Position numbers and translations under genes: made by a program
The notes under the pieces: model-generated
Told to the model about the DNA's origin: nothing
Seen by the model: the letters and a program-made list of their open reading frames with translations, nothing else
The model's database searches: none
NCBI GenBank assembly: GCA_049975265.1
Contig: JBNGDF010000008.1
Span: forward strand, 1 to 64,000
Length of the DNA stretch: 64,000 nt
Direction: 5' to 3'
Source of the DNA: Fidelibacterota bacterium
GTDB taxonomy: Bacteria; Fidelibacterota; UBA2242
In this document: positions 9,473 through 21,535 of the stretch, in pieces
Layout: every line of letters begins with the position of its first letter
How positions within the stretch are numbered: the stretch's first letter is position 1

Positions 9473-11313
9473 GATAATTCACCCTGCGGTTGACAGAGAT
9501 GGTTAATGTAGGTCGACATGTCTTTGTCACCGCGACCGCTAAGATTGACAATAATCAGGCTGTCTTTAGCGGTTTCCGGCATCAGGTAGTCCAGAAAGGC
9601 TAAGGCGTGCGCCGATTCCAGCGCCGGAATAATGCCCTCCAGGCGGCAGAGTTGCCGGACCGCCGAGAGCGCTTCGGCGTCGGTCACTGAGTGGTAGTCA
9701 ACCCGTTTGCTGTCGTAGAGAAAGCTGTGTTCCGGACCGACACCGGGGTAGTCCAGCCCGGCGGAGAGGGAGTAGGGCAGTTGAATCTGACCGTCGCTGT
9801 TCTGCAGAATGTAGGTTTTCATACCGTGGAATATACCCACGGAGCCCCGCCCCAGCGTGGCGGCATGTTCGCCGCTGTCCAGTCCGCGACCGGCGGCTTC
9901 CAAGCCGATCAACTTTACCGATTTCTCACCAAGGAAAGGGTGGAAAATGCCGATCGCATTGCTACCGCCGCCGACACAGGCGATGATATAGTCGGGTAAG
10001 CGTTGCTCTTTTTCGAGAATCTGCCGATGGGTCTCTTCGCCGATAATTTTCTGAAAATCCCGGACAATGGTGGGGAAGGGGTGAGGACCGACAACGGAAC
10101 CGATGATGTAATGGGTGGTTCCGACGTTTACCAGCCAGTCGCGGAGGGCTTCATTGGTGGCGTCTTTCAGGGTTGCCGTACCGGAATCCACGGCGCGGAC
10201 TTCGGCACCCAGCAGCCGCATCCGCTGGACATTGGGGTGCTGTCGCTGCATATCCTCGGTGCCCATATAGATGCAGCATTCCAGTCCGGCGCGGGCGGCG
10301 ACGGTAGCGGTGGCAACGCCGTGCTGCCCGGCTCCGGTTTCGGCGATGATGCGGATTTTTTGCATCGCTTGGGCGATCAGGATTTGCCCGATGGCATTGT
10401 TGATTTTGTGTGCACCGGTGTGATTGAGGTCTTCCCGTTTCAGGTAGATTTTCCCGCGACCGTAGTGACGGGTCAGATTTTCGGCATAGTAAAGCGGCGT
10501 GGGACGTCCGGCATAGTCGCGCAGTTCATTCCGGAAGCGCTGCTGGAAGTGCTGATCTTTTTTCAGTTTTGTATAGGCGGTTTCCAGCTCCCGCAATGCC
10601 GGTTTTAAAATTTCCGGGATAAACTGACCGCCGTAGTCGCCGAAATAACCGGTTTGAGATTGAATAGATACCTGCATTGTACTCCTTTTACATTGATTGC
10701 GATTAAACTGCCGAATATGATTCATCAGGGCTTTGATTTTCCGCGGGTCTTTGATTCCCGGTGCTGTTTCGGCGCCGCTGGCGATGTCGATGATTGCCGG
10801 TGTGACCTGTTCCAGGGCTGCAGGAATGTTATCCGGATTAATGCCGCCCGCCAGAACCAGCTTTTGCCGGGGAATCTCGTCGGGTATTAAATTCCAGTCG
10901 AAAGTCTGACCCGTGCCGCCCAGCTGCGATTTTGTATGGCTGTCAAACAGGATCATGGCAGCGTTTTTATAGACCTTCGATTCCGCCGGATAGGTTTTGG
11001 GATTGAAGCAGATAATCGCCGGAAGCGGTAGCCGGCTCAGGTCGGTAAAATCCAGGGGATCGTAGAGTTGCAACCAGTGAACGCCGCTGATGGAGGCGAT
11101 ATGGCATGCGCTGGTCAGGGATGGTTTGACCAGGATGCCGACGCTGTTGACATATTCCGGCAGATTGACGATAATACGACGGGCGGCGGATGGAGCGATA
11201 TAGCGCGGGCTTTCGGGATAAAAATTGAATCCCAGCCACTCTACACCGTTTTCAACGGCTATCCGGGCATCCGCCTGGTTGGTGATGCCGCAAATTTTCA
11301 GTTTAACCGGCAT
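9469..11313 (-). CDS. trpFB: Phosphoribosylanthranilate isomerase - tryptophan synthase beta chain in-frame fusion (TrpF-TrpB)
   Basis: The N-terminal ~210 aa have [35 protein letters not shown] (TrpF). The remainder has [39 protein letters not shown] (TrpB). Confidence 0.93.
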   Translation of the reverse strand: MPVKLKICGITNQADARIAVENGVEWLGFNFYPESPRYIAPSAARRIIVNLPEYVNSVGILVKPSLTSACHIASISGVHWLQLYDPLDFTDLSRLPLPAIICFNPKTYPAESKVYKNAAMILFDSHTKSQLGGTGQTFDWNLIPDEIPRQKLVLAGGINPDNIPAALEQVTPAIIDIASGAETAPGIKDPRKIKALMNHIRQFNRNQCKRSTMQVSIQSQTGYFGDYGGQFIPEILKPALRELETAYTKLKKDQHFQQRFRNELRDYAGRPTPLYYAENLTRHYGRGKIYLKREDLNHTGAHKINNAIGQILIAQAMQKIRIIAETGAGQHGVATATVAARAGLECCIYMGTEDMQRQHPNVQRMRLLGAEVRAVDSGTATLKDATNEALRDWLVNVGTTHYIIGSVVGPHPFPTIVRDFQKIIGEETHRQILEKEQRLPDYIIACVGGGSNAIGIFHPFLGEKSVKLIGLEAAGRGLDSGEHAATLGRGSVGIFHGMKTYILQNSDGQIQLPYSLSAGLDYPGVGPEHSFLYDSKRVDYHSVTDAEALSAVRQLCRLEGIIPALESAHALAFLDYLMPETAKDSLIIVNLSGRGDKDMSTYINHLCQPQGELS

Positions 11314-12100
11314 AGCGAGTCGCCTTTCTGAATTTCTGCAGGAGCGCCTGGGGTTTTGTGGAGCTCATCAGGGCTTCGCCGATGAGCGCCCCTGCAAAGT
11401 CATGCTTCACAAGTGCGCTGATGTCCGCCGGCGTTGTGATGCCGCTTTCGCTGATGACCGGAATGGTGTCCGGGAGCAGTCGTATCAAGCTGAACGATTT
11501 TGCCAGATTGACCGTAAAGTTGCGTAAATCACGGTTATTGATTCCCAGAATCAGATGATGATTTTGGACGGGGATTTTACCGAGATCCGACTCATCGGAC
11601 AGTTCCAGCAATATCTCCATTCCCAGCTCTGCTGCCAGCCCGGTAAAATCTGCGATTTGACAGGAGCTCAATACCCGGGTGATCAGCAGGATAAGATCTG
11701 CCCCGGCGGCGCGGGATTCATATATTTGATATTCATCGAAGATAAAGTCTTTGCGCAGCAGGGGGAGAGAAGTTACGGAGCGCACTGCCCGGAGATGATC
11801 CAGATGACCCTGAAAGAATTTTTCGTCGGTCAGAACCGAAATTGCAGCGGCGCCCGCGGTGAGGTAAGCTTGTGCCTGTTGTATGGGGTCGAAATCGGTA
11901 CAGATGATTCCCCGTGACGGCGAGGCTTTTTTAATTTCGCAGATGAACCGAAAAGGGGAACCGGTTTGCAGCTGATGGCGCAGACGAACAGTCGGTGGCA
12001 GACTGTCGATTTTTTCTTTCAGAATGTCGACGGGTGTGTTGCGCTTGCGGGCAGGCAACCCGGCTTTCTGATGGGCGATGATGGTATCGAGAATAGCCAT
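11303..12100 (-). CDS. trpC: Indole-3-glycerol phosphate synthase
   Basis: [40 protein letters not shown]. Confidence 0.96.
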   Translation of the reverse strand: MAILDTIIAHQKAGLPARKRNTPVDILKEKIDSLPPTVRLRHQLQTGSPFRFICEIKKASPSRGIICTDFDPIQQAQAYLTAGAAAISVLTDEKFFQGHLDHLRAVRSVTSLPLLRKDFIFDEYQIYESRAAGADLILLITRVLSSCQIADFTGLAAELGMEILLELSDESDLGKIPVQNHHLILGINNRDLRNFTVNLAKSFSLIRLLPDTIPVISESGITTPADISALVKHDFAGALIGEALMSSTKPQALLQKFRKATRYAG

Positions 12101-12108
12101 GATCTTTC

Positions 12109-13119
12109 CTACGTCGCCAATTTTTGACTGACGCTGATGAAATCGTTCAGTTTCGCCAGCGCTTTACCGCTGTCGATCAGTTCGGCTGCCAGTTGCATGC
12201 CCTCGCCGGGGTCGCCGACTTTTCCGGCGACATAGAGACCAAAGGCGGCATTCAGAAGTGTCATCTCCCGGTGGGTTCCCCGGTCGCCCTTCAGGATCGC
12301 AAGCAGAATCCGGGCATTTGCTGTGCGGTCGCCGCCGCGGACCGAAGCGTCCGCTTTAAGTCCGGTGTGGAAACGATTCTGGTGAACCGTTTTGTAGCGG
12401 CTGTCCACTTCGAAAATCCGGTTTTCTGCAAAAGGTGAAATCTCATCGAAACCGTCTTCGCTGTGCACGACACAGGCTTTGGCGTAGCGGCGTTGCTGCA
12501 GGACAGACGCCATCTTTTCGGCGGTTTCCAGATTGAATGTCCCGATCAATTGCCGCCGGACACCGGCGGGATTTAGCAGCGGTCCCAACATGTTGAAGAC
12601 GGTTCGGGTTGCCAGATTGCGCCGGTGGGGTACCACGGCTTTCATTGCCGGATGGTAGAGTGGCGCAAAGAGAAAACCGATGCCTGTTTCGTCGATGCAC
12701 TGTCTCGTTTTTTCCGGCGGGAGATCAATCCGGACACCCAGTTCTTCCAGAACATCGGCGGAACCGGTCTTGCTGGAAACCGAGCGGTTGCCGTGCTTTG
12801 CTACGGTGACTCCTCCGGCAGCGGTCACGATGGCTGTGGCGGTGGAGACATTGAAAGAGTGCTTGTTGTCGCCCCCGGTCCCGCAGACATCGACGGCATC
12901 CTCGTCTGAGAGGTGAACCCGAACCATGTTTTGCTGCATGGTATCAATGAAGCCCTGGATTTCGTTTACCGATTCACCTTTCATTCGCAGACCAAAGAGA
13001 AAGGCGCCGATTTCCGTGCCGCTCAGTTGATTTTCGATCATCATCTGCAATACCATCGCTGCCTCCTGCCGGCTAAGATCGACTCCCTGCGCGATTTTTT
13101 CCAACTGTTCTCTGATCAT
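12109..13119 (-). CDS. trpD: Anthranilate phosphoribosyltransferase
   Basis: DVCGTGGD, FNVST, KHGNRSVSSKTGSADVLE. Confidence 0.97.
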   Translation of the reverse strand: MIREQLEKIAQGVDLSRQEAAMVLQMMIENQLSGTEIGAFLFGLRMKGESVNEIQGFIDTMQQNMVRVHLSDEDAVDVCGTGGDNKHSFNVSTATAIVTAAGGVTVAKHGNRSVSSKTGSADVLEELGVRIDLPPEKTRQCIDETGIGFLFAPLYHPAMKAVVPHRRNLATRTVFNMLGPLLNPAGVRRQLIGTFNLETAEKMASVLQQRRYAKACVVHSEDGFDEISPFAENRIFEVDSRYKTVHQNRFHTGLKADASVRGGDRTANARILLAILKGDRGTHREMTLLNAAFGLYVAGKVGDPGEGMQLAAELIDSGKALAKLNDFISVSQKLAT

Positions 13120-13130
13120 GTATCCCTCCC

Positions 13131-13718
13131 TTATGATAAGGATTGAAATTTTCGGGTAATTTCCAGCCAGTTCCGTAACAGCGTCATCCCATCGGGCGTC
13201 AGGATGGATTCCGGATGGAACTGAACACCGTAAAGTGGAAATTGGCGATGTTGAATACCCATTATCAGACCGTCGCTGCTGGTGGCACTGATGATGAAAT
13301 CCGGGGGCAGACTCTCCCGTTCAATCATCAGCGAATGGTAGCGGGTGGCTGACATGGGTGACGGAATTCCGCTGAACAGACCCTGCCTGTTATGGTCGAT
13401 AGCAGAGGTTTTTCCGTGAACCGGACAGGGTGCCCGGACGATTCGTGCATGAAAAACCTGCCCGATGGTTTGAAAACCCAAACAGACGCCGAGGATAGGA
13501 ATTGTATGGTAGCAGGTCCGGATGACGGTGGCGGATATACCGGCGTCTTCGGGTGTGCCGGGTCCCGGCGAGATGACAATGCCCTGCGGATGGAGGCGGA
13601 GAATTTCGCCGGCGCTACTCTGATCGTTGCGGACAACCTGCAGGTCTGGTTCCATCTGTCCGATATAATCCACGAGGTTATACGTAAATGAATCGTAGTT
13701 ATCGATAAATAAAATCAT
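13131..13718 (-). CDS. trpG: Anthranilate synthase component II (glutamine amidotransferase)
   Basis: The real start is ATG 13718 (MILFIDNYDSFTYNL); ISPGPG, GVCLG, RYHSL, QFHPES. Confidence 0.95.
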   Translation of the reverse strand: MILFIDNYDSFTYNLVDYIGQMEPDLQVVRNDQSSAGEILRLHPQGIVISPGPGTPEDAGISATVIRTCYHTIPILGVCLGFQTIGQVFHARIVRAPCPVHGKTSAIDHNRQGLFSGIPSPMSATRYHSLMIERESLPPDFIISATSSDGLIMGIQHRQFPLYGVQFHPESILTPDGMTLLRNWLEITRKFQSLS

Positions 13719-15177
13719 TGATTCCCCCGTCCGCCTGTTCGATCGCCCGCCGCAGCGCCATACATTTATTGAGGGTCTCCTGATACTCGTTTTCCGGGAT
13801 GCTGTCCGCGACAATCCCAGCACCAGCCTGATAAAAGAGTCTGCCCTGACTGGCGACGATCGTCCGGATGGCGATACAGAGGTCCATATTACCACCGTAA
13901 TTGAAATAACCGATGGCACCGGCATAGATGCCGCGTTTTTCGGGTTCCAGTGCGTGAATAATTTCCATCGCCCGGACTTTCGGTGCACCCGAAACAGTAC
14001 CGGCTGGAAAGACGGCTTTGAACGCATCGATAATGGACAATCCCCGGCGCAGCCGGCTTTTGACACGGGAGATGATATGCATGACGTGGGAATATTTCTG
14101 GATGGTCTGAAAATCGTGAACCCTGACGCTGCCGTATTCGGAAACCCGCCCCAGATCGTTGCGCCCGAGATCCACCAACATTACGTGTTCCGCCAATTCT
14201 TTCGGGTCGTTTAATAACTCCTTCGCCAGCCGGCGGTCTTCGGATTCGTCCTTGCCCCGTCTGCGGGTGCCGGCAATGGGAACAATCTCCAGCTCCTGAT
14301 CCGCGGCTTGAATCAGCGGTTCCGGTGACGATCCGATCACCTGACAATCCAGAAAATCGAGATAGAACATATAGGGCGATGGATTGATATTACGCAACGC
14401 CCGGTAGACCTGAAATGGATCACCGTGACAGCCGACCGAAAAGCGTTGGGACAGGACTACCTGGAAAATATCACCGGCGAAGATGGATTCCCGGGCACTA
14501 TTGACGGCATCCAGAAAACCGGCTTTGGTGATATTTGATCGCTCGGTTGACCAGTCGGCGCTGAACATCAGTTCAGTGGTAACCGGTTTGTTCAATTTTT
14601 CCTGAAGATGATCCAGGCGGTTCTGGGCTTCCCGGAAGAGCTGATGATGGTCGCTGTCTTCATCCACAAAGACATTGGCGATGAGGATCACCTCGTTTTT
14701 CAGATGGTCAAAAGCGATCAGCTGGTTGTAGAATCCCAGCAGAGCGTCGTCGGTTTGGGTGACATCGGTTTTTGGGGAGGGTAGTTTTTCCATGTGGGCG
14801 ACCATTTCGTATCCGATAAAGCCGACGGCGCCGCAGGTGAAACGGGGCAGACCGTCCGTCTGTGCCAGCTGGTAGTGTTCAAGCCGGTGCTGCAGCAGGT
14901 CAAAAAAGCCTTCCCGGTGGATTTTGGTGGTGTGGTGGCTGACGGATACCGTTTTGCCGTTACGGAATTTTTGAATCAGGTAGGGATCACGACTGATAAA
15001 TGAGTAGCGCCCGATCTGTTCGCCGCGTATAACGCTTTCCAGCAGGAAGGAGTGTTTGCCGGCTTCGCGGAGTTTCAGATAGGCTAGCACCGGGGTGATG
15101 AAGTCGGCGTTGAATTTGCGATAAACCGGAACGATTACCCCGGGCTTGCAGTGTTGTAGAAACTCTTTGTAGTTCAT
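13699..15177 (-). CDS. trpE: Anthranilate synthase component I
   Basis: SFLLES, GDIFQVVLSQRF, NPSPYM, PIAGTR, EHVMLVDLGRNDL, PAGTVSGAPK; start at ATG 15177 or 15183. Confidence 0.96.
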   Translation of the reverse strand: MNYKEFLQHCKPGVIVPVYRKFNADFITPVLAYLKLREAGKHSFLLESVIRGEQIGRYSFISRDPYLIQKFRNGKTVSVSHHTTKIHREGFFDLLQHRLEHYQLAQTDGLPRFTCGAVGFIGYEMVAHMEKLPSPKTDVTQTDDALLGFYNQLIAFDHLKNEVILIANVFVDEDSDHHQLFREAQNRLDHLQEKLNKPVTTELMFSADWSTERSNITKAGFLDAVNSARESIFAGDIFQVVLSQRFSVGCHGDPFQVYRALRNINPSPYMFYLDFLDCQVIGSSPEPLIQAADQELEIVPIAGTRRRGKDESEDRRLAKELLNDPKELAEHVMLVDLGRNDLGRVSEYGSVRVHDFQTIQKYSHVMHIISRVKSRLRRGLSIIDAFKAVFPAGTVSGAPKVRAMEIIHALEPEKRGIYAGAIGYFNYGGNMDLCIAIRTIVASQGRLFYQAGAGIVADSIPENEYQETLNKCMALRRAIEQADGGINDFIYR

Positions 15178-15199
15178 AATCATCTCAATGTTTATAAAC

Positions 15200-15237
15200 A
15201 AAAAACCCGCTGAAGCATTTCTCCAGCGGGCTTTTTG
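15200..15237 (-). terminator. Intrinsic terminator (attenuator) upstream of trpE
   Basis: Minus strand: AAAAAG-CCCGCTG-GAGAAATGCTT-CAGCGGG-TTTTTTGTTT. Confidence 0.9.
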
Positions 15238-15258
15238 ATATCTTCGATTCTCTTCTAA

Positions 15259-15342
15259 TTAATCATGTGCCTGTCCCGGGAAATGCTTCGCATTCGTCAT
15301 TTCCCACCACCAATTGTTGCTCTTTTTGAATTGTACGTGCAT
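15259..15342 (-). CDS. trpL: trp operon leader peptide (27 aa, three tandem Trp)
   Basis: Manual translation MHVQFKKSNNWWWEMTNAKHFPGQAHD*, directly upstream of the terminator and trpE. Confidence 0.9.
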   Translation of the reverse strand: MHVQFKKSNNWWWEMTNAKHFPGQAHD

Positions 15343-15631
15343 AAAATTCAGGCGCTCAATTTGATTTGCAATTATAAACAAATCAGGAAAAGGATGCAAG
15401 CAAATTATTTTAAAATGACAGGGCAAAGGATTATGTAATTCTCTGCCCCATCGAGCGGTAATTGTGTGGATCTATTTTTCCAGCGGTTTGTGGCAGAACC
15501 ACAAGTCGTAGCCCTCGTACTTCTTGAGCCGTTTTTCGGACGAATTTTTCCGAAGGTTGTATTGAGAATGCTTTAACGTTTGAAATTTGGTGCTTAAAGA
15601 TTAGATTATTTTGTAAACAGAAGGAGCAGAG

Positions 15632-17776
<2,145 letters not shown>

Positions 17777-17801
17777 ACGAATCCGGAATATCCGCAGTAT
17801 T

Positions 17802-17834
17802 AAAGCCCGCGGCCAATTATCCGTGGGCTTTTTT
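17802..17834. terminator. Intrinsic terminator between convergent genes, likely bidirectional
   Basis: aaagcccgcgg-ccaattat-ccgtgggctttttt. Confidence 0.75.
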
Positions 17835-19719
17835 ATTTCAGGAAAACCACCTTTCGGGTGATATCGGTGTCCGCCGCTCTCAGCCGGACCAGATAAATTC
17901 CGGAACTGTATGCTGCCGCTTCCCACCGGATTTGATATTTACCCGCCCGGTAATCTCCGGAGGCGAGAATTGCAATCTCCCGACCTGCCAGATTGTAGAT
18001 TGAAACAGTCAGCGCCGTCGCTTCGGGTATCGCAAATTGAACCGTCAAAACCCCATTGAATGGATTGGGATAATGCGTCAGGCTGAAGGCTGCCGGCAAT
18101 TTGGGTGTCTCTGAGAGCGCCGTGATGGGATTGACCGGGAGCAGCGCCGGTAGATTTTCTGCGTCGTCAAGCACCTGTTCATAAGAGTAGGGAATCGCCA
18201 GATCACAGGTCGGTTCCGTCGTGACATAACTGTCGCCGAAATCATTGCCGATCAATTGCACATATCCATTTTCAAGGCTGTAATCCATGAAGACCGCCTT
18301 ATTGACATTTTCGAAATAGTTTTTTTCCACCCGGACACAGGCACCCATCCGGGAGTTGATGGCGGTGTTGCAGTCTTTATAATAATTGTTGAAAATGTGT
18401 GCCTTACCAAAGCGGATACTGGGCAGACGGGAATCACAATGATAGAAAAAGTTATGATGATAGGTGACGCGAATGATGGAATCCTGGGGACTTTCGTCAT
18501 TGGAACAGATCAGGCTGGTTTTATAATGATCATGAAAGGAGCAGTTCGAGACGGTAATGAAGCTGGATTCGTTTTTGATATCCAGCAGACCGTCATAATA
18601 TTCGCTGCCGTGTTCGCGGTCGGAATAGAGTTCGCATTGATCAATTATTATATTTCGGGATTTACCGGTAATGACAATCGCATCGCCCGGCGTCACATGG
18701 GACACCCGGATATTTTGGATGATCACGTTGCGGACGCCGTTGATTTCGATCTCGATGCCCTGCAGGTGGGCGGTGCGGTTCAGTCCCAGCAGGGTTTTAT
18801 CGGAGCCGATTTTCAGGTCCTCCGTGCCGACAATCCGGCGATCCAGTGTTACCACCAATGGCTCGCTGCCGCCGAGATGGTTTTTTAATTCGCTGAAGGT
18901 GGTGGCGCTGACGGTATCGCCCAGTGCCCCGCCGATGACCAGATAGGGTGTTCCCCGGTCATCCTGAACGGTGGCGTAACCAATAAAACCGGAATCCATT
19001 GAGGTTCCGGCAGGCAGAAAGATCGCCGTGACCGCGACATTGTGATTCATTGCAAAGGTAAAGACTGAATCTGGGCTGGTCATATCCCCGGACCAGCTTT
19101 GGAAGAAATAGCCGGGATTGGAGTGGGCGCTCAGCGTCACCGCCGTACCCTCGTCATAGTAGTTCTGCACCGGAGCATAGGAGACCGTTCCAGCTTCGGC
19201 TAAATTTTGTCCCACTGTAAGAATATAAGAGGGAACACAGTCCGCCGGGGACAAGTCCGGACCGCTGAAGACAACATAGTCATAATTGGCGGTGCCGTCG
19301 GGATTATAGGCTTCGATCCGCACCTGATTTTTACCTTTGATCAATTCCACCTCCACGGAATCGCTGATCGTCCAGTTGGTCCATTCGCCGGTGTGGGGAA
19401 AGTTGACGGTATCGAGAGCGGTTTCATGGTTGATCAGTAGTCTGACCGGGCGGTCGCCGCTGCCGCCGCCGTTGGCGTAGCGCCATTTGATGGAGTAGAT
19501 TCCGGCTGAAGCGGCGTTGACGCTCCAGGTGATGCTCTTACCGACGCCCCGCTCGGTATCGGCATAGCCGTCTCCGGTATAACCGGTGACACTGGTCTCG
19601 ATTGAACCGTCAATGGCGCAGAAGCCCGGTTCGTTTTCCTGGATCATCAGCTCCTGCGCAGACGACAGACCAGTGAAAACAGTGTACATCACCGCCAGCA
19701 GATAATTTACTTTATGCAT
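17833..19719 (-). CDS. Secreted pectate lyase (PL1) with N-terminal CBM35-like module, InlB/Flg_new-like repeat and C-terminal sorting (FlgD-Ig/T9SS-like) domain
   Basis: GYTGDGYAD...WRYANG...TGEWTNW (CBM6/35-like); GYFFQSWSGD; NVIIQNI, YDGLLDIK, VTYHHNFF, SRLPSIRFG, HIFNNYY (PL1); YPNPFN...SSGIYLVRL C-terminus. Confidence 0.88.
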   Translation of the reverse strand: MHKVNYLLAVMYTVFTGLSSAQELMIQENEPGFCAIDGSIETSVTGYTGDGYADTERGVGKSITWSVNAASAGIYSIKWRYANGGGSGDRPVRLLINHETALDTVNFPHTGEWTNWTISDSVEVELIKGKNQVRIEAYNPDGTANYDYVVFSGPDLSPADCVPSYILTVGQNLAEAGTVSYAPVQNYYDEGTAVTLSAHSNPGYFFQSWSGDMTSPDSVFTFAMNHNVAVTAIFLPAGTSMDSGFIGYATVQDDRGTPYLVIGGALGDTVSATTFSELKNHLGGSEPLVVTLDRRIVGTEDLKIGSDKTLLGLNRTAHLQGIEIEINGVRNVIIQNIRVSHVTPGDAIVITGKSRNIIIDQCELYSDREHGSEYYDGLLDIKNESSFITVSNCSFHDHYKTSLICSNDESPQDSIIRVTYHHNFFYHCDSRLPSIRFGKAHIFNNYYKDCNTAINSRMGACVRVEKNYFENVNKAVFMDYSLENGYVQLIGNDFGDSYVTTEPTCDLAIPYSYEQVLDDAENLPALLPVNPITALSETPKLPAAFSLTHYPNPFNGVLTVQFAIPEATALTVSIYNLAGREIAILASGDYRAGKYQIRWEAAAYSSGIYLVRLRAADTDITRKVVFLK

Positions 19720-20426
19720 GGGTTATCAGCTCCTTTATCAATAGATAACGACTGTTTAAAAAAATGTAAAACGCTCTGGATCAGGTGGGTGTCTTTTTCG
19801 CTTAAAAGCGCCAGCCGCTCGATAATGCGCTTATGAATCGGCAGGCGGTCGGTCATCCCGATTTGATTCAGGACTGCTGCGACGTTCTGTTTTAATTTTT
19901 GGAAAGCGGCGTCGGTCGGCGGAGGCGGCGGGAGCCGGGAAGGATGCCGGTTCAGGGGGGATAATTCATAGGCATAAATCATCACCGCCTGGGCGAGGTT
20001 CAGGCTGGGTTGTGGCTGCTGCATCGGAATGTGGGACAGGAGATCGCAGATCGCCAACTGGTCATTATTCAGACCCCGGTCTTCGGAGCCGAAAAGCACG
20101 CCTACGGTCTGAATCGTAGCCCCTTTTTCTTTCAATAGTTCCGCCAGCCTGCCGGCGGGCAGGTTTTCGTTTTTGGAGGGTCGTTTTTTCGATGATGTAC
20201 CGATCAGAAAATCAACGTCGGCTGTCGCTGCCGCAAGTGAATTGAAAACACGGGCTGTTTCCAGGATTTCTTCCGAACCGTGCGCCAGCCAGCGGGCGGG
20301 GGAACTCAGATGATCACAGGGATTGATCAGACGCAAATCGCTGAATCCCATGGTTTTCAGAGCCCGTGCGGCGGCACCGATATTTTCGGGGGTTTTCGGG
20401 GCGCTGAGAATAAAGCAGACCTTCAT
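19707..20426 (-). CDS. SPOUT tRNA/rRNA methyltransferase (TrmJ/LasT family)
   Basis: PENIGAAARALKTMG, LFGSEDRGLNN, PSLNLAQAV. Confidence 0.9.
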   Translation of the reverse strand: MKVCFILSAPKTPENIGAAARALKTMGFSDLRLINPCDHLSSPARWLAHGSEEILETARVFNSLAAATADVDFLIGTSSKKRPSKNENLPAGRLAELLKEKGATIQTVGVLFGSEDRGLNNDQLAICDLLSHIPMQQPQPSLNLAQAVMIYAYELSPLNRHPSRLPPPPPTDAAFQKLKQNVAAVLNQIGMTDRLPIHKRIIERLALLSEKDTHLIQSVLHFFKQSLSIDKGADNPCIK

Positions 20427-21463
20427 GGCTGTTCCCCTATGTCGAAAATCGTCATCACACCGAAGTGATCCGACGGATGCAGGTTGTCTGCGACCTTGTT
20501 CAAGACAACCTCCGACCGCCGGACTTTTAATGGTTGCCCCCGGAAAAAAATGTAATCAATGCGATCCCGGCGGGCGTTTTCCGGAGAGGGAATTTCAGTC
20601 AGGTAATGTAGCCGGATGTTGCGATTCAGCCGTTCGTCCCAGGTGGGACCCGGTTCCCGATTGACCTGACTGTAACTATCGATAAAACCGCTTTCCCGTA
20701 GCATCCGGATGGGGTCAGAGTCGATCAGATCGTTAAAGTCGCCCATCAGGATAGCCGGATTTTGCGCGGCGGTTTTGTTGATGAATTCAATCGTCCTGCG
20801 GGCTTCGCCGAGCCGCCATTTTTTTCCTTCTACGGCGTCAGTGACGATGTTCAGATACTGGTCATCGCCGATTTCACCCTCCAGATACTGTTGGGTGATT
20901 TTTTCCAGGGTTGCGCGGTTGGCATAGCGGCTGGCGTGCCAGTGGGTATTGAAGAGGTATATTGTTTGTCCGGCAAACTCAATCGTGGCGCCGATCACCT
21001 GGGTCGCATCGGCGAAATGAAAGGTAAAAAAGCGCCCCACGTAACCACCGGAGAGCTGCCGGCGTCCTGCGGACTGGAGATTGAGGTCTTTTTTGGCGAG
21101 AATGACATCGCCCTCCCGCAGATTGAGCGGCAGTCCCAGCGGACCGATATGAATGCCAGCCACACCCAGATGGTGCAGCTGATCAGCATTCAGATCACGG
21201 GCGATGCGTCGGGCGTAACGGGGGAGTTTGTTGGCTTCATTCAGCGCGATGACATCGGGGTCCAGCTCCCTTATTTGCTGTAGGAGAATCTGATACCGCT
21301 GTTCCCGGATTTCCGCACTTTCGTATTCACCCATTTTCAACGAACCGATATAGTCGAGTCCGGACCAGACGTTAATGGTGACGACTTTCAGCGAATCGGC
21401 GGCAGCCCGGTTGAAAATTAAAACTAGAAAGAGTAGGACTGGGAACGTTTTTGGTTTCATCAT
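20423..21463 (-). CDS. Exported endonuclease/exonuclease/phosphatase family protein
   Basis: Signal peptide; TINVW, DVIALNE, NTHW, MGDFN, RIDYIF, SDH. Confidence 0.88.
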   Translation of the reverse strand: MMKPKTFPVLLFLVLIFNRAAADSLKVVTINVWSGLDYIGSLKMGEYESAEIREQRYQILLQQIRELDPDVIALNEANKLPRYARRIARDLNADQLHHLGVAGIHIGPLGLPLNLREGDVILAKKDLNLQSAGRRQLSGGYVGRFFTFHFADATQVIGATIEFAGQTIYLFNTHWHASRYANRATLEKITQQYLEGEIGDDQYLNIVTDAVEGKKWRLGEARRTIEFINKTAAQNPAILMGDFNDLIDSDPIRMLRESGFIDSYSQVNREPGPTWDERLNRNIRLHYLTEIPSPENARRDRIDYIFFRGQPLKVRRSEVVLNKVADNLHPSDHFGVMTIFDIGEQP

Positions 21464-21535
21464 TGTTTCCCTGTTTTAAGTAACAGATTGACATTATTCT
21501 CTGAAAAGGGATGTTCCAACGTGAATGTCTCAGAA

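Noticed and set aside
13719..14066. N-terminal extension of trpG in the ORF track
   Set aside because: It overlaps trpE in another frame; the family start MILFIDNYDSF is at 13718
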